From Thermoleophilaceae bacterium (lineage in GTDB: Bacteria; Actinomycetota; Thermoleophilia; Solirubrobacterales; Thermoleophilaceae), in the NCBI GenBank assembly GCA_036258995.1, contig DATACN010000243.1, forward strand, positions 1 to 25,826: a stretch of 25,826 bases of DNA, written 5' to 3'. The notes under the pieces are model-generated. The model had not been told where the DNA came from. It made no database searches and saw only the letters and a program-made list of their open reading frames with translations. Shown piece by piece: positions 24,160-25,826 of the stretch. Position numbers and translations under genes: made by a program. The stretch's first letter is position 1, and each line of letters starts with the position of its first letter.

Positions 24160-24801
24160 ATGCGCCGACTGGCCCTGTTCATCGCGCTGGCGTTCGTCCT
24201 CGCCGCCCCCGCCTGGGGGTTCGTCGCGCCCATCACCCGCGACGCGAACCTCGACGGCGACCCGGGTACCGAGCGGATCCTGGTTCGCCCCCACCGCCCC
24301 ACCGACGCCCAGGACGACTTCGAGCGCACCCAGGTGCGCGTGCGCGACACCTGCCCGCCCGGGACGGTCGACCGCCGGATCGCTCCGATCCACGACAACC
24401 TCGAGCGGCTGCGCCTGCGCCGCGTCGACCGGCGGCCGGGGGCCGAGATCTTCCTCGTGCTGCGCGACGGCGCCCGCGGCGTGCTCGGCGAGGCGCGGCT
24501 GGTCGCCTGGCGCCCCGACCCCGCCGCCTGCCGCAGGGAGAAGGCGCTGTTCGTCTACGACAGCGACCGCCACACGGCCACGCCGCGGGGCGGAACCGGC
24601 GACATCTCGTTCTTCAACGCGCGCTTCACCGACCGCGAGGACCGCTTCGACGGACCGGAGATCCTCGTGGACGAGCGCTTCCTGCGCCGGGGCGATCCCC
24701 CCTTCGCGGGGTCGATCCGGAAGTTGACCTTCTGGCGATACCACCTCGGGCGCGACCGCTACGTGCGCTACGACGCGAGGGTCATTCGCTCCGGTCGCTG
24801 A
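24160..24801 (+). CDS. Hypothetical secreted protein with degenerate FG-GAP/VCBS-like DxDG..xEI repeats
   Basis: Signal peptide MRRLALFIALAFVLAAPAWG; repeats DANLDGDPGTERIL, RVDRRPGAEIFL, DRFDGPEILV; two Cys. Confidence 0.7.
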   Translation: MRRLALFIALAFVLAAPAWGFVAPITRDANLDGDPGTERILVRPHRPTDAQDDFERTQVRVRDTCPPGTVDRRIAPIHDNLERLRLRRVDRRPGAEIFLVLRDGARGVLGEARLVAWRPDPAACRREKALFVYDSDRHTATPRGGTGDISFFNARFTDREDRFDGPEILVDERFLRRGDPPFAGSIRKLTFWRYHLGRDRYVRYDARVIRSGR

Positions 24802-24811
24802 GCCTCGGGGA

Positions 24812-25519
24812 GTGCCCGAGCCGCCCACCCCGCGGGAGTCCGTCTACGGCGCCGCCCGGCAGGGCCTGCGCACCAGGCTGGCGGAGCGGTTCGCGCGGCG
24901 GGCCCGCGAGCGCCGCGCCGGGCTCTTTCGCCGGCTGATCGACCCCCGGCCGGGAGAGCGGATCGTCGACGTCGGCTGCGGAGAGGCCGGCCTGGCCGCG
25001 CATCTGGGCGGCAACGAGATCACGGGCGTGGACCTGGTCGAGCGGCCCGGCTACGCCGGCCCGAACCGGAGGTTCGTCCGCGCCGATGCGCGCGAGCTCC
25101 CCTTCGCCGACGGCGAGTTCGAGATCGCCTACTCCAACTCGCTGATCGAGCACGTCGGCGGCCCGCGGGACCGCGAGCGGGTCGCGGCCGAGCTGCGCCG
25201 CGTCGGCCGGCGCTACTTCGTGCAGACGCCGAACCGCTGGTTCCCTGTGGAGCCGCACTCCCTGCTGCCGCTCGTCCACCTGCTGCCGCGCCGGATGGGT
25301 CGGCGGCTGTGGCGCTTCGGGGTCTCGGACGACCCCTTCGAGGACACCTGGCTGCTCGTAGCGCGCGACCTGCGCAAGCTGTTCCCCGACGCCCTGATCG
25401 TGCGCGAGCGGGTCGGGCCGCTCACGAAATCTCTTGTGGCCGCCGGCCCGAAGGAGGCGCTGGCTACCAGGCGCCGCGCGCCCGGACCACGGCCGGGACC
25501 GTCTTCAGCAGGATCGTGA
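24812..25519 (+). CDS. Class I SAM-dependent methyltransferase
   Basis: IVDVGCG, ITGVDL, ADARELPFADGEFEIAYSNSLIEHVG, YFVQTPNRWFPVEPH. Confidence 0.9.
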   Translation: MPEPPTPRESVYGAARQGLRTRLAERFARRARERRAGLFRRLIDPRPGERIVDVGCGEAGLAAHLGGNEITGVDLVERPGYAGPNRRFVRADARELPFADGEFEIAYSNSLIEHVGGPRDRERVAAELRRVGRRYFVQTPNRWFPVEPHSLLPLVHLLPRRMGRRLWRFGVSDDPFEDTWLLVARDLRKLFPDALIVRERVGPLTKSLVAAGPKEALATRRRAPGPRPGPSSAGS

Positions 25520-25826
25520 GGTCGAGGAAGATCGACCAGCGCTCGAGGTAGAGGAAGTCCAGGCGCACCAGCTCGTCGAAGTCGAGCTCCGAGCGACCCG
25601 AGACCTGCCAGAGCCCCGTCATGCCGGGCATCACCAGATAGCGCTTGCGGTGCCAGTCCTCGAGGCGCTGGTAGTCGCGCTGCGGCAGCGGCCGCGGGCC
25701 CACAAGCGACATCTGGCCGCGCAGCACGTTGAACAGCTGCGGCAGCTCGTCGAGCGACCAGCGGCGCAGGAAGCGGCCCACGCTCGTGACGCGCGGGTCG
25801 GAGCGCATCTTGAACAGCGGCCCCGC
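25464..25826 (-). CDS. Polyprenyl-phosphate sugar phosphotransferase (Bac_transf; WcaJ/CpsE/RfbP family), 5'-truncated
   Basis: [46 protein letters not shown]...[13 protein letters not shown]...[21 protein letters not shown]. Confidence 0.95.
   Translation of the reverse strand, partial: AGPLFKMRSDPRVTSVGRFLRRWSLDELPQLFNVLRGQMSLVGPRPLPQRDYQRLEDWHRKRYLVMPGMTGLWQVSGRSELDFDELVRLDFLYLERWSIFLDLTILLKTVPAVVRARGAW

Overview
Very GC-rich (roughly 70-75% by eye), tightly packed cell-surface glycan biosynthesis region, most likely from a monoderm actinobacterium (Thermoleophilia/Solirubrobacterales-like; inferred from composition, TANNNT leaderless-type promoters and protein style, not proven). About 26 CDSs can be supported. 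They include a Kdo-type module (kdsB, missed by the ORF track because it runs off the left edge; a KdsD/KpsF-like SIS-CBS isomerase with altered catalytic motifs; a HAD hydrolase), two Wzx flippases, rmlC, gmd, an Rmd-like reductase, an LhgO-like FAD oxidoreductase, a WecG/TagA-family GT with a WecC-like dehydrogenase and an SDR epimerase, and GT2/GT4 transferases. There are also two poorly characterised GT-A-like proteins (one DUF707-like), four SAM methyltransferases, a Wzy_C/O-antigen-ligase-like protein with a TPR-like tail next to a small Gly/Ser-linker membrane-anchored exported protein, and the 3' end of a polyprenyl-phosphate sugar phosphotransferase. Non-coding signals are three divergent gene pairs sharing a symmetric ANNNTANNNT bidirectional -10 box, a near-perfect 51-bp palindrome between convergent genes, and a ~100-nt structured 5' leader. 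The most interesting candidates are a Kdo(-like) ulosonic-acid glycopolymer pathway in a probably LPS-less bacterium and a possible dedicated protein O-glycosylation pair. No rRNA, tRNA, CRISPR array or transposase was seen.
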